Shown: positions 37,769 through 48,650, numbered from the stretch's first letter. The stretch is 64,000 nucleotides of DNA from Bacteroidales bacterium (GCA_028282585.1 JANQHR010000127.1:1-64000), one strand, 5' to 3'. Numbers and translations are program-made. The notes: generated from the sequence alone by a model not told the origin.

Positions 37769-38775
37769 TTATTTTGAGTTAATATTTCATTCAATGAATT
37801 AACCCATAATTCCGAATCATTTAAACTTTTAACGAGCGTTAATTCTTTTCCACCACTCGCCAGGAACAATTCTTTATATTCTTTCTCAATTTCTATATTT
37901 GTTTCCAAACAATCAGCGACAAATGATGGAGCAACTACTAAAATTCTTTTTTTACCGTGATCCAATAATTTTAAAATTAGTTCATCGGTAAACGGAGAAA
38001 GCCATCTATTAGTAAGACGAGACTGGAACCCAACCGAACATTTTTCCTCAGGAATCAGTAATTCCTTCATTAACAAACGTGTCGTTTCATAGCAAGTAGC
38101 TTTATAACAATATTCACCGTGACTGGGAAGCTCATTTTCACAATTACACGCTTCAGGTTTTATATTTGGATGGATTTTAATTATATGGCTCAACGGTAAA
38201 CCATGATATGAAAATATGATATGGTCATAATTTTCATATTCATAGGTTTTAATTTGTTCTACAAAAGCATTAACAAATTTAGGGTGATTATAAAACTGAT
38301 CGATAATTTTGAGTTCAGGAATATGATTCCAAGTTTTTAATTCTTTTTGCACCAAATCAATTACGGATTCAGTAGTAGATGACGCATACTGCGGATAAAG
38401 AGGTAAAACTAATACCTTTTGAAAATGATCGTTTTTTATAGTTTCCAATACCGCCTTTAATGAAGGATTTCCATATCGCATTCCTAAAAATACTTTGTAC
38501 TCTGCAAGTAGTTTATCTTGTAGTTTTTCCTGAAGTTTTCTTGAATAATATAAAAGAGGAGAACCTTTTTCCGTCCATAGTTCTTGATACAATTTACTTG
38601 ATTTCTTAGAACGAAAGGGAACAATAATTCCATTTACTAATAATCTCCTTAAAATAAAAGGTAAATTAATTACGTATTTATCATTCAGGAATTCTGATAA
38701 ATATTTTCTTACATCTCTCACTGAAGGGCTTTCAGGTGTACCTACATTAACTAATATAATAGCAATACTTTTCAA
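37750..38775 (-). CDS. hemH: Ferrochelatase
   Basis: NVGTP, GMRYGNP, PLYPQY, FSYHGLP, FVADCLET. Confidence 0.95.
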   Translation of the reverse strand: MKSIAIILVNVGTPESPSVRDVRKYLSEFLNDKYVINLPFILRRLLVNGIIVPFRSKKSSKLYQELWTEKGSPLLYYSRKLQEKLQDKLLAEYKVFLGMRYGNPSLKAVLETIKNDHFQKVLVLPLYPQYASSTTESVIDLVQKELKTWNHIPELKIIDQFYNHPKFVNAFVEQIKTYEYENYDHIIFSYHGLPLSHIIKIHPNIKPEACNCENELPSHGEYCYKATCYETTRLLMKELLIPEEKCSVGFQSRLTNRWLSPFTDELILKLLDHGKKRILVVAPSFVADCLETNIEIEKEYKELFLASGGKELTLVKSLNDSELWVNSLNEILTQNNYNPKN

Positions 38776-39026
38776 AATACTCTTTTTTTAAACTTATAAT
38801 CATAAATTAATTTGCCTATATATTGTCCTGTTAAAAACATCATAACAAAAAATGTTATAAACTGCCATTTAAATTCTATTTTCAGGATAAAACGCATTAA
38901 AACGGATATAGCTACTGGAATATGAATAGCCAGAAACCATTTTAAAGAAAACCTTTTTTCATGTTTTCTCCACATACCAAATGGTATATTCATAATTAAA
39001 ATAAAAATTGCAGTTAAAATAATCAT
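38772..39026 (-). CDS. Small membrane protein (3 TM) coupled to heme genes
   Basis: NIPFGMWR...FSLKWFLAIHIP; overlaps both neighbours. Confidence 0.7.
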   Translation of the reverse strand: MIILTAIFILIMNIPFGMWRKHEKRFSLKWFLAIHIPVAISVLMRFILKIEFKWQFITFFVMMFLTGQYIGKLIYDYKFKKRVF

Positions 39027-40405
39027 TACAATTTGTTAAGAATTATCTGCAATGCAATCTGTTTGCCTTGTTTTACTCTGTCGGCCATACCAATACCATC
39101 TCGAATATTACCTGCCAAAATCAAACCTTTATATTTACTTTGAATCTGATCAATGATTTTTAATCTGGCACCGGTTGACTCCTCATATTGAGGAATTCCT
39201 TTTTTGTACCTAAAAACTCTTAATTTATCCGGGTGCTTTTCACTTTTAAGTGTTTGCTTTATTTCTTTTATTACAATCTCATGTAATTCTTCATCTGATT
39301 TATCAAACATTTTTGGTTTTCTAATACCTCCAAGAAAAACAGATAGTATTGCTCCTTCCTTTGGGGCTCTTCCTTTAAACAAACTAGCGGGAAATAATAT
39401 TCCCAGGCTATCTCTCTTCTCTTTCGAAGGAATTAAACCTCCAAATGCGTTGAGATCAATTCCGTCCCAGTTTTTGTAACATGCAACAACCTGAACAATT
39501 TTTGCATAATTTAGATTTGTTAAATCAACTAACTCCGAATCTTTTAAAAATGGTAATAAAGTGGCTAAGTTTTCTGTATCAACTGTTGATATTACCTTTC
39601 CGGAATTTATTTCAACATATTCATTTTTTTCATTGATCAGGTTTGTGGTAAAGCTCTCCACATTGGCCCTTATTTCTATTTTCTGGCTACCTAATAAAAA
39701 AATTTCGGGCTTAATTTCCCTTTTTAATGCTTCAACCAAATTATTTAATCCACCCTTTACAGAGAAAACCTCACGGGTTACCCGTTTATCTATTTCTGTT
39801 TTAGGCTCTTTCCTTTTCTTCATCGCGCCCTTTATAAAACTTCCATAGTTTTGTTCGAGCTTATAAAGCTTTGGTAGCGCATATCGGGTAACAAGCCTGG
39901 AAGGGTCTCCTGCATAAATTCCTGAAATAAATGGATCGACAGCATATTCCAAATAGCTTTTTCCCATTCTTCTTAGTACCAATTGATCTAGGGTTTCGTT
40001 GGGATTATTTCCTGGTTTAAGAAAAGGTTCTGCCAATATTCGAAATTTATCCTTGAAACTAAATAATGGAGTAAAAATAGCAGAAATAAATCCGGAAGGC
40101 AAAGCACGCCATTTACCATTCTTCCAAATCCATCTGTTTTTAGCTTTGGGGTCAGGAACTTCAACTTGAATTTTATCTTTTAAATCATCAAATAACTCGA
40201 CTATCTCCGGTGTTCCTATTACACCGGTATTGGGGCCCATTTCATAGGTAAAACCATCTTCGTTAATTGTATTTATAACTCCACCTGCCCGGTTTTCCTT
40301 ATCTAGCAATAATACTTTCTTATTATGTTTTTTAAGGTAAAAAGCCAATGTTAAGCCAGTAAGACCGGCACCAATAATTACAATATCTGTATTTAATTTT
40401 GTCAC
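39026..40405 (-). CDS. hemG: FAD-dependent proto/coproporphyrinogen oxidase (HemY-type, usually annotated hemG in Bacteroidota)
   Basis: GAGLTG, E.GPN, SGIYAGDP, FGGLIP, IPQY; GTG at 40405 follows the hemN stop. Confidence 0.9.
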   Translation of the reverse strand: MTKLNTDIVIIGAGLTGLTLAFYLKKHNKKVLLLDKENRAGGVINTINEDGFTYEMGPNTGVIGTPEIVELFDDLKDKIQVEVPDPKAKNRWIWKNGKWRALPSGFISAIFTPLFSFKDKFRILAEPFLKPGNNPNETLDQLVLRRMGKSYLEYAVDPFISGIYAGDPSRLVTRYALPKLYKLEQNYGSFIKGAMKKRKEPKTEIDKRVTREVFSVKGGLNNLVEALKREIKPEIFLLGSQKIEIRANVESFTTNLINEKNEYVEINSGKVISTVDTENLATLLPFLKDSELVDLTNLNYAKIVQVVACYKNWDGIDLNAFGGLIPSKEKRDSLGILFPASLFKGRAPKEGAILSVFLGGIRKPKMFDKSDEELHEIVIKEIKQTLKSEKHPDKLRVFRYKKGIPQYEESTGARLKIIDQIQSKYKGLILAGNIRDGIGMADRVKQGKQIALQIILNKL

Positions 40406-40406
40406 G

Positions 40407-41783
40407 TTAAACTGTTTTGGAATATTTATTCTTTTGTTTTGTATATAAAGGATCAAACAAAGCAGCTATATTTCTTATAAATAAAGAACCTGTTTCGGTT
40501 ACTTTGATTTCATCATTACTAAACGTAAGCAAACCGTCATTTATAAATCCTTGTAGTTTTTCCTCTCTGAATCCGGTAATTAAGTTTAATCTATACTGAT
40601 CGATATTAAAATCTTCAGCTATTTTTTTTAGATTCAATTGCTGATTACACATCAGCTTTGTTATTAATTCTCTTACTATAATTTCCTTATCACGAAGAAC
40701 CAAACCTTTCTCAATAGGAAGTTTTTTATTTTTTATATTTCGAATATAAGCATCAACTCCCTTAACATTTTGTACATAAGCATTTTCCAATTGACTTATG
40801 GCCGAAGCACCAAACGCATAAACCTGCCCTGTCGTTTTTCTGGTACAATATCCCTGAAAATTTCTATGTAACTGATTGTTCTTCAGAGCAACACTTAATT
40901 CATCCTCAGGTAAAACATAATGATCTAATCCAACAGGAACATATCCACCCTTAATTAGTAATTCTCGAGCAGTTAAAAACATCTGCATTTTATCTTCTGA
41001 AGAAGGTAATCCTTTTTTTTCTAAAATCTCTTGATGCTTCTTTAGCCAGGGAACATGTGCATATGAAAATGTAACCAATCTATCCGGATTAATGTGTATT
41101 GCCTTTTTAATTGTTTCATTAAAACTCTCTTTACTCTGACCAGGTAATCCGTATATAAAGTCTAAATTCACTGTTGCCATTGAACTCTTCTTTATATGCT
41201 TCACCAATCGATCTATTGGTATTTCCGAAGCAGATCTGTTTACTGCCTTTAAAACACCTTGATTAAAATCCTGAATACCTAAGCTAAAACGATTAAAGCC
41301 TGTCGCTATAAGCCGATCTAAATACTCATAATCTAGATATGCAGGATTGCACTCAATAGCTATTTCCGGATGATCTATAAATTTAAATTTATTAAAAATC
41401 AGTTCATTGATCTTTTCTAAGAACTTTACATCCATAGCATTTGGTGTTCCACCACCAAAATGAATTTGCGAAACTTTTCTATTGGGATCAAGATATTTTG
41501 TAACTAACTCGAACTCGTTCTTTAAAGCTTCAAAATAATCTACAATCAATTGATCGCTTTTAATGGCGCAAGCATTGCATCCGCAATAAAAACAAATCTT
41601 TTTACAGAAAGGAATATGTATATAAATTGCAATATGTTCAGGTCTCCTCGTGTTTGATTCCTCAATAAATTGTATATAATCTGATTCTTTAAATTCATTT
41701 TTAAAATGATTTGCAGGCGGATAGCTTGTATATCTCGGTACGGGAACATTATATTTATCAAGTATTTTCTTGTTAATCATCAT
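40407..41783 (-). CDS. hemN: Oxygen-independent coproporphyrinogen III dehydrogenase HemN
   Basis: PRYTSYP, HIPFC...CFYCGC radical-SAM motif, GGGTP, HRNFQGY. Confidence 0.95.
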   Translation of the reverse strand: MMINKKILDKYNVPVPRYTSYPPANHFKNEFKESDYIQFIEESNTRRPEHIAIYIHIPFCKKICFYCGCNACAIKSDQLIVDYFEALKNEFELVTKYLDPNRKVSQIHFGGGTPNAMDVKFLEKINELIFNKFKFIDHPEIAIECNPAYLDYEYLDRLIATGFNRFSLGIQDFNQGVLKAVNRSASEIPIDRLVKHIKKSSMATVNLDFIYGLPGQSKESFNETIKKAIHINPDRLVTFSYAHVPWLKKHQEILEKKGLPSSEDKMQMFLTARELLIKGGYVPVGLDHYVLPEDELSVALKNNQLHRNFQGYCTRKTTGQVYAFGASAISQLENAYVQNVKGVDAYIRNIKNKKLPIEKGLVLRDKEIIVRELITKLMCNQQLNLKKIAEDFNIDQYRLNLITGFREEKLQGFINDGLLTFSNDEIKVTETGSLFIRNIAALFDPLYTKQKNKYSKTV

Positions 41784-42985
41784 GTTTTTTTTAGTTTTAA
41801 CGGATAATTAATAAGAATTACAAAGAAGGTTAATACACCCAATGTAAGCTCTACAATGTAAAGTCCTTCATATCCTAACCGATCTCCGATCCTTCCACTT
41901 AAAACTGCAATTATTAAGCTACTTAAATGGGTAATCACAATTTGAACAGTAAAATCAGTTCCTTCCATGCCTTTTCTAACCGCATCCATCGATGTAGTAT
42001 AAATTATTACGGTAGATAATCCATAAGCTCCCCATAAAAGACATATTCCTATATATATATCAGCTAACGTTGGAGTATGACCTGCCAGGTATATAAAAAA
42101 TATGACTGCTATAATATTTACAAATGCAAACAAATAAATGGATGCCTTTCTTCCTATTAACTTTATAATAAAACCTGCCATGAAAGCACAAATTGCAGCA
42201 ACCGATGTACCAATAATACCTGACATCAAGCCTATTTCCTTAACGTTATAACCCAAATCAACCATGTAAGGTTTCAACATAGCTAAAATACCTATGATAC
42301 TTGAGTAATAAAAAATTAATAAAAGCAATCTTTTACGCTTATTGAAATCATTAAAAAATAAAAAGATATCTCTTATTTTAACCTTTGGTTTTTTAGAAGC
42401 TGCCATTTCAATTTTCTTGCGATAAACAAGTAATGGAACAATGGCAAAAACCACAAATGCCGATAATAATATGAGCAAGTTTTTCCAGCCAAAGTAATAG
42501 TATGCCAGCAACAAAACACCGGTCCCAAATAAACTTCCAACAAAACTTCCAGCTGATTGCATACTATTACCAGTACCCCTTTCCTGAGGTTTTAAAATCA
42601 AAATAGCAAAAATATCAGTAGCAATATCCTGAGTTGCAGATGCAATAAATGCAATCACTATCAATATAATGATTACGTTGAAATCAGTTTGCAAATTAAA
42701 AAAACCTGTACAAACAATCACTGTAGCATAAAACAATTCGGATAATATAATCCATCGTCGTATTTGATTTCTTGTCTTAGTAAAGTTATCTACCAATGGA
42801 GCCCATAAAAATTTCAAAATCCAGGGCAATTTTACCAGTTGTAACAATCCTATAGATTCCAAACTGTAGTTTTCTTGTCGCATAATTACGGGCACTACCG
42901 TAGAGAAGAAGCTCATTGGAACAGATTGAGCTATATATAAACTAAATAGTACAGGAAACTTCTGCCAATTATCAATTTTTTTCAA
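41780..42985 (-). CDS. MFS permease, AmpG/RhtX/FptX/YbtX-like
   Basis: LPWILKFLWAPLVD, SATQDIATD motifs. Confidence 0.87.
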   Translation of the reverse strand: MKKIDNWQKFPVLFSLYIAQSVPMSFFSTVVPVIMRQENYSLESIGLLQLVKLPWILKFLWAPLVDNFTKTRNQIRRWIILSELFYATVIVCTGFFNLQTDFNVIIILIVIAFIASATQDIATDIFAILILKPQERGTGNSMQSAGSFVGSLFGTGVLLLAYYYFGWKNLLILLSAFVVFAIVPLLVYRKKIEMAASKKPKVKIRDIFLFFNDFNKRKRLLLLIFYYSSIIGILAMLKPYMVDLGYNVKEIGLMSGIIGTSVAAICAFMAGFIIKLIGRKASIYLFAFVNIIAVIFFIYLAGHTPTLADIYIGICLLWGAYGLSTVIIYTTSMDAVRKGMEGTDFTVQIVITHLSSLIIAVLSGRIGDRLGYEGLYIVELTLGVLTFFVILINYPLKLKKT

Positions 42986-42994
42986 TTTGCTTAC

Positions 42995-45097
42995 CTAAAA
43001 TTTAAATTTTACATCCATTCCAAAATTTATCGGTCTTCCATTTTGGATAAAATTATATTCATAAACACTGAAAAAGTGTGTATAGTAGTTTTCATTTGTT
43101 AAGTTCCTTCCCCATAAATCAAGCTGAAAGTTGTTTTTAGCAAATGAAAGGTTAGCATTTAAAACTCCGTAAAAATCCTCCGAAGCTGTATTTTCCTCAT
43201 TAAAATATAACTTACCTGTTCCCTTGTATAACAAATTAACTTTGATATTATCGATGACATTATTCTTCAAATAAAATATCTTGTTTAATTGAAGTGATAA
43301 AGTATTCTTTGGTATAAAAGGAAGAAAATTACCGGTATAATCTTCCTGTTCATCCATTACATAGCTTTTAAAAGTGGCATGAGTATATCCGTAATTAACA
43401 GAAACATTATATCCGTTTAATGGCTCCGCTTGTAAAGAAAGTTCAACACCTTTACTTTCCGTTTCACCTGCATTTGTTAAACGTGAGCCATATCCGCTAG
43501 GGTTTGTTTGGTAAATTTGTTGATTATCCCAATCAATATAAAATATTGCAGCATTGGCATATATCATTTTATTAAAAAACGAAGTCTTTATTCCTACCTC
43601 ATAATTCCAGCTATACTCTGGTTCATAAGTAAAATCTTGCGGCCTATCTTCATCAAAAGTAGAATTAAATCCTCCTGTTTTATATCCATTTGTTATACTA
43701 GTATAAACTACACTTTCACCAATCTTATAATTTATAGCAATTTTAGGAAGCAATACAAAAGATTTTAATATTCCTGTTGTATCGTCAATTGTTGTAAACG
43801 TTCCTGCAACTCCTCTTTCATAAAGATAATCTTCAGAATCCTTTTCATAATCTAAACGAATTCCTGTTGTTATCGAAAAGTTCTCAATAAGAAAATTATT
43901 TAGGCTTGATTGATGAAACAAAGCACCTCCGTAAATAGTGCGATCATAATATCTTATTATGTTCATATTATAATCATAGAGATCAACATCTACTTTTCTA
44001 TCAAATCTTTGAATAAATCCGTATCCTCCGAAAAGCCAATTATATTTCTTATCCTTACCCGATCTAATTATGATTTCCTGTGATAACATATTCTGAATCT
44101 GATCTTGGTTCGCAAAAAGAGTAGAGTCATTGGTAAAATCCTGATCAATTTTTTGCAAATCATCCAACAACTGATAGGATGTTGTTGTTTTGATATTAAC
44201 ATTTGATCCGGTATAATCGAGGATTAAAGCGTCCGAAAATAATTTCCGGTTATAGCTGCTTTGCTGATTATAACTTATTGGTAGATCACCCATAATAGTA
44301 CTATCATATTGAGCATACGGATACCCCCCTTCATCACTTGATTCAAAAGAAGCAATATTCTTAATAGTAAGATTTGAGGTAGCTTTCATCATCAAATTGT
44401 TTCTAAAACCAATTGAAATTAGGTCATCTGCCCTATTGTTTAAAAAATCATTTTGATAATATCCTCCTTTATTAACATAATTTGCTGATAATGAATATCC
44501 TAATTTATCATTTAAAACACCATAATGATTGGCATTTAATTGATATGAATGGTAAGTTGCAGCAGACATTTTAACACTTGTACCTTGATAAGCAAATGGT
44601 GTTTGGGTCTCAATATTAAGTATTCCGCCCATCGTATTTCTTCCGTAAAGTGTACCTTGTGGACCTCTTAAAACTTCTATTCTTTCAATTTCAAAGAAAT
44701 CAAAATTGAACGCTGCTTTTTCGAAATATGGAACACCATCTACATATAACCCAACTGATGGGGCATTTATCCTGGAACCGACACCCCTGATATATACAGG
44801 TGATGTTAATTTAGATCCATAATCAGGCATAAAGAAATTGGGTACAATAACTGATACATCAGGTAAAGCAGTAATTTTATTCTCTTCTATTCTATTTGAG
44901 CTTAATATACTAACCGATGCAGGTATTTCTTTTAATCTTAAATTGCCTTTGGAAGCACTAACATATACTTCATTAATTTCTAACTCAGGTATACTTGTGC
45001 TATCTTTCAACAAAATTATATCTTGAGCTAATAATTTATTATTTACTGCAAGAAATAAAACAAGTAAAAAAACCAATTTAGATTCCATAAAATTCAC
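42995..45097 (-). CDS. TonB-dependent receptor (FyuA-like)
   Basis: Signal peptide, plug IRGVG...ERIEVLRGPQGTLYGRN, terminal F. Confidence 0.92.
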   Translation of the reverse strand: MNFMESKLVFLLVLFLAVNNKLLAQDIILLKDSTSIPELEINEVYVSASKGNLRLKEIPASVSILSSNRIEENKITALPDVSVIVPNFFMPDYGSKLTSPVYIRGVGSRINAPSVGLYVDGVPYFEKAAFNFDFFEIERIEVLRGPQGTLYGRNTMGGILNIETQTPFAYQGTSVKMSAATYHSYQLNANHYGVLNDKLGYSLSANYVNKGGYYQNDFLNNRADDLISIGFRNNLMMKATSNLTIKNIASFESSDEGGYPYAQYDSTIMGDLPISYNQQSSYNRKLFSDALILDYTGSNVNIKTTTSYQLLDDLQKIDQDFTNDSTLFANQDQIQNMLSQEIIIRSGKDKKYNWLFGGYGFIQRFDRKVDVDLYDYNMNIIRYYDRTIYGGALFHQSSLNNFLIENFSITTGIRLDYEKDSEDYLYERGVAGTFTTIDDTTGILKSFVLLPKIAINYKIGESVVYTSITNGYKTGGFNSTFDEDRPQDFTYEPEYSWNYEVGIKTSFFNKMIYANAAIFYIDWDNQQIYQTNPSGYGSRLTNAGETESKGVELSLQAEPLNGYNVSVNYGYTHATFKSYVMDEQEDYTGNFLPFIPKNTLSLQLNKIFYLKNNVIDNIKVNLLYKGTGKLYFNEENTASEDFYGVLNANLSFAKNNFQLDLWGRNLTNENYYTHFFSVYEYNFIQNGRPINFGMDVKFKF

Positions 45098-45189
45098 ATT
45101 TAAATAATTAAATACTATTCAATATAACACATGATTTTTTTCAATCTGTTTATTGAAGATTTAAGTTTAAAGCCGAGTAGGTTGGAATT

Positions 45190-45519
45190 TTATGAATTTC
45201 TTGGAGGAGGTCTTGAAAAGTAATATGGAAAGTAACATTTTTTTATAATGTCATCATCAAATGCCTTTCTGTTAAATAAAATATTTCTAACCTGGTTAGC
45301 TTCGTTAAAATTAATCTCGGAAAGTTTAAATTCTAAATCATAATAATGATAATCTGCAGAAACTTCCAGGTTTTGATTTTTTAACTCATATTGAGTTGTT
45401 GTATTGGTAAAATCATAACACTTATCGTTTTCCAGGGCATTCATACCCAGAAACCCAATATAACTTATACCAATTATTAAATATGGTACAAATGTTGAAA
45501 ATAATCCAAACTGAAACAT
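45190..45519 (-). CDS. Small upstream ORF with N-terminal TM and C-terminal RPPP motif
   Basis: 109 aa ending YFSRPPPRNS, 92 nt before the TonB receptor start. Confidence 0.65.
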   Translation of the reverse strand: MFQFGLFSTFVPYLIIGISYIGFLGMNALENDKCYDFTNTTTQYELKNQNLEVSADYHYYDLEFKLSEINFNEANQVRNILFNRKAFDDDIIKKCYFPYYFSRPPPRNS

Positions 45520-45584
45520 AAACTCAATTTCTTAATACAAAGAAAAACATATTCATTAAAAAAACATACTTTCTAGTCTTTTAT

Positions 45585-48500
45585 TCATTCCAAATTATAT
45601 TTACCCCGGTTGATATAGGCATATAAAGATAAAATAATAAGCATTATAACAGATATATAAACAAATTTAGGAACTGGAACAGGATCTCCACCAGCATAGG
45701 AATGTAATCCTGAAAGGTAATAATTAACACCAAAATACGTCATTAAAACAGAAGAAAAAGCAAATAATGCAAGTACGTTAAAAGTATAAAAACCTTTTAA
45801 TCCCTTAATCATTCCCGAATGAATTACAAAACTATAGACAATTATGGTAATCAAAGACCAGGTCTCTTTGGGATCCCAACCCCAATAACGTCCCCAAGAT
45901 TCATTTGCCCATATAGCACCAACAAAAGTTCCTATTGTTAATAGATATAAGCCAATTGTTAGCGATTTGTAATTAATAACTGTTAGCTCTTCAATAGTAG
46001 ATTCTATATTAGCTTTATTTCTTTCTGTACTTAAGGAATATAATATTAATACGATAATGCCAATAATTGCTCCTAAACCGAAGAAACCATAACTTCCGGT
46101 TATAACTGAAACATGCAGTGTTAACCAGTATGATTGTAATACTGGAACAAGGTTGGTAATTTCCGGATCCATAAAGCTTAAATGTGCTACCATAAGTGTA
46201 AAACCTCCGAGAACAGAAGTAGCTGCCAATACAAAAGCAGAACGCCTTACAAAAACGAATCCAGCCAGAATTGTTACCCAGGAAATAAATATCATTGATT
46301 CATATCCATTACTCATGGGTGCATGTCCAGAAACGTACCATCGTATACCCAAACCTAACGTATGAAACAGAAAGCCAATAATTAGGAGGATTGTAAAAAC
46401 CTTGGTTAATTTGCTTAAATCTTTCTTATGAGCAATTATGCTGTAAATAAGTATAAAAAGAAGTAAAATACCAACTGTTGCGTAAAACGGAAATAATCGA
46501 TCGTACAGTTTTGATTTATAGTATAATATTTCTGCTCTTACTTTCCGTTCCGATGGTAACTCGTATTGCGCAAATTTTCGCTGATAATCAATTATCGAAT
46601 TTAAATATTCATCAGCTCTTTCAAAATCAGAACTTAGAATACTTTGAGAATATAAATTAATTATGTTTTTTAAATACAAAGAATCATCCGAGCTTTTTGC
46701 AAAGGTAAAAGCGTCTTTTGGAGAAAACCATTTATTATTGGGGTCATTTACAGGGAATATTTTCAAAAATTCACCTGTATAAACCATATAACAAATATTT
46801 ACTCTCTCGTTAATTTTAATAATCTCCTTATCAAACTTATTACGAGCCCCTGCCGGTTTTGCATGTGCCGCATTAAAACTTTGTTTTAATTTATATGTAT
46901 TTGTATGTAAATCAACTATTTCAGAAAAAGCAGCATAATTTTCACGAATACCAATCATTTTCTTAATCTCAGAATTAGATACTTTTATTAAAGGTACGTC
47001 TTGCCAGTTTTCAAAATCAAAATATAATCCTAAGAAAACCTGCATAGGTGAAAATCCATTTAACCCGGTCTCCCTGGCTAATTTTCTTAAAATATCATTA
47101 CTTAAAGTATATAAAGGCTTTGTTCTTCCTTTTTGATCTTGTACTAATATTTTACCAAACTTATCTGCCTGTACTTTTTCAACAACAAATTTTTGTTCCT
47201 GAGATCTTGCATTAAACGTTATACCCAGAAATAAAAAGATCAAAGCAATAGTCTTTGCTGATGTCGATTTAAAGAAACTCTTGTTAACTGTCCAAAATTT
47301 TGAGTTTTTATTTAGCATTGAAAGAACAATAAACGTAAAAAGAAAAGCGTAACCGACATAAGTCACAATCATTCCCCAAAAGTCCTTATTAACGGATAAA
47401 ATAGTTCCCCTTTCATCCTTATCGTAAGAAGACTGATAAAACCTCCATCCTTTATATTTTAGAATATGGTTCATATAAATTGAGTAAGGCATATTAACTC
47501 CCTCCATTTCATCTATTAATACTATATTGCTTTTATATGACGATGGGTTATTTGAACCGGGATACCTTTCAAGAATAAAATCTTCAAGCTTTAATTTAAA
47601 TGGCAATTGAATTTCTAAAGGACCATAATTTAGTTCAAGCTTATAATCATTTATACTTATTTCTGATTTATTTTTTAAATTCTGGCCTAACCATAAGTTA
47701 ATCTCTTTTAACTCATCATTACTTTCTAATTCAAATACCAGTGCACTTTTTCTGTTATGCTGAAGGTTCCGATCTGTATTTACAACTTTAATTTTACCCT
47801 TTTTATTAATTATTTCAGGCACAATTTTAACTCCTTTAACTTCGTAAATTTTCATCCTTTCTAAAGGAACAACCTCCCCTTGATCATAATTTAAAGTATT
47901 ATTTGACATCATACTTGATTCGCTAACTTTATGGTTAGAAGTTATATAAAAGCTATTATCCTTAAAAGTAATTCTTACATTAACAGAATCATTTTCAGAG
48001 AACCCAATCAATAATCCTCCTGCTTGTTTTATATCTCCTTTCGAAAGAAAAACTTTTTCACGAAACATCATTCCTTTACTTAAAATCAGAGAAACCATCG
48101 GTTCTCCGCTTAAATCATTAACTATTGTTTCAACGGCATTTGGAATATAATCAACTAGTTTTAATGAATATTTATCGTTTCCAATGTCGAATTTACTTTT
48201 GTATTTAATACTTACCTGACTCAAATTAAGCTCTTCAAAATTGCTATAAACATCATCATTATTTATGTTTGTTACCTTTACATTTAAATAATTATCTAAT
48301 GAAAAACATATATTCTGGGTATGATTTTCTCGAATATGCACCACTCCTTCGAACCCAAAATATCTGGTAATTCCGGCTCCAATAATCATAAGTATAAAAG
48401 CCAAATGAAAGAAAAGTATAGTGAGCTTTTTTCTTTTATATAACTTATAATGAATAATTTGTCCAATTAAGTTTACTACAAGTAAAATCATTAGCAACTC

Positions 48501-48650
48501 AAACCACTTTGTTTCATAAACCAATGCCCTTGCAGCTTTTGGTCCGAAATCATTTTCATAAAAAGTTGCAAATGCCATTACCATAGCAAATACAATAAAC
48601 AGAACTCCCATAAACCATGGAGCAAATAAAAAGATTCTTTTCTCTTTCAT
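45585..48650 (-). CDS. ccsA: Fused system II cytochrome c synthase CcsBA (ResB-CcsA)
   Basis: FHLAF, WLTLHV, WANESWGRYWGWDPKE, GLHSYA. Confidence 0.93.
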   Translation of the reverse strand: MKEKRIFLFAPWFMGVLFIVFAMVMAFATFYENDFGPKAARALVYETKWFELLMILLVVNLIGQIIHYKLYKRKKLTILFFHLAFILMIIGAGITRYFGFEGVVHIRENHTQNICFSLDNYLNVKVTNINNDDVYSNFEELNLSQVSIKYKSKFDIGNDKYSLKLVDYIPNAVETIVNDLSGEPMVSLILSKGMMFREKVFLSKGDIKQAGGLLIGFSENDSVNVRITFKDNSFYITSNHKVSESSMMSNNTLNYDQGEVVPLERMKIYEVKGVKIVPEIINKKGKIKVVNTDRNLQHNRKSALVFELESNDELKEINLWLGQNLKNKSEISINDYKLELNYGPLEIQLPFKLKLEDFILERYPGSNNPSSYKSNIVLIDEMEGVNMPYSIYMNHILKYKGWRFYQSSYDKDERGTILSVNKDFWGMIVTYVGYAFLFTFIVLSMLNKNSKFWTVNKSFFKSTSAKTIALIFLFLGITFNARSQEQKFVVEKVQADKFGKILVQDQKGRTKPLYTLSNDILRKLARETGLNGFSPMQVFLGLYFDFENWQDVPLIKVSNSEIKKMIGIRENYAAFSEIVDLHTNTYKLKQSFNAAHAKPAGARNKFDKEIIKINERVNICYMVYTGEFLKIFPVNDPNNKWFSPKDAFTFAKSSDDSLYLKNIINLYSQSILSSDFERADEYLNSIIDYQRKFAQYELPSERKVRAEILYYKSKLYDRLFPFYATVGILLLFILIYSIIAHKKDLSKLTKVFTILLIIGFLFHTLGLGIRWYVSGHAPMSNGYESMIFISWVTILAGFVFVRRSAFVLAATSVLGGFTLMVAHLSFMDPEITNLVPVLQSYWLTLHVSVITGSYGFFGLGAIIGIIVLILYSLSTERNKANIESTIEELTVINYKSLTIGLYLLTIGTFVGAIWANESWGRYWGWDPKETWSLITIIVYSFVIHSGMIKGLKGFYTFNVLALFAFSSVLMTYFGVNYYLSGLHSYAGGDPVPVPKFVYISVIMLIILSLYAYINRGKYNLE

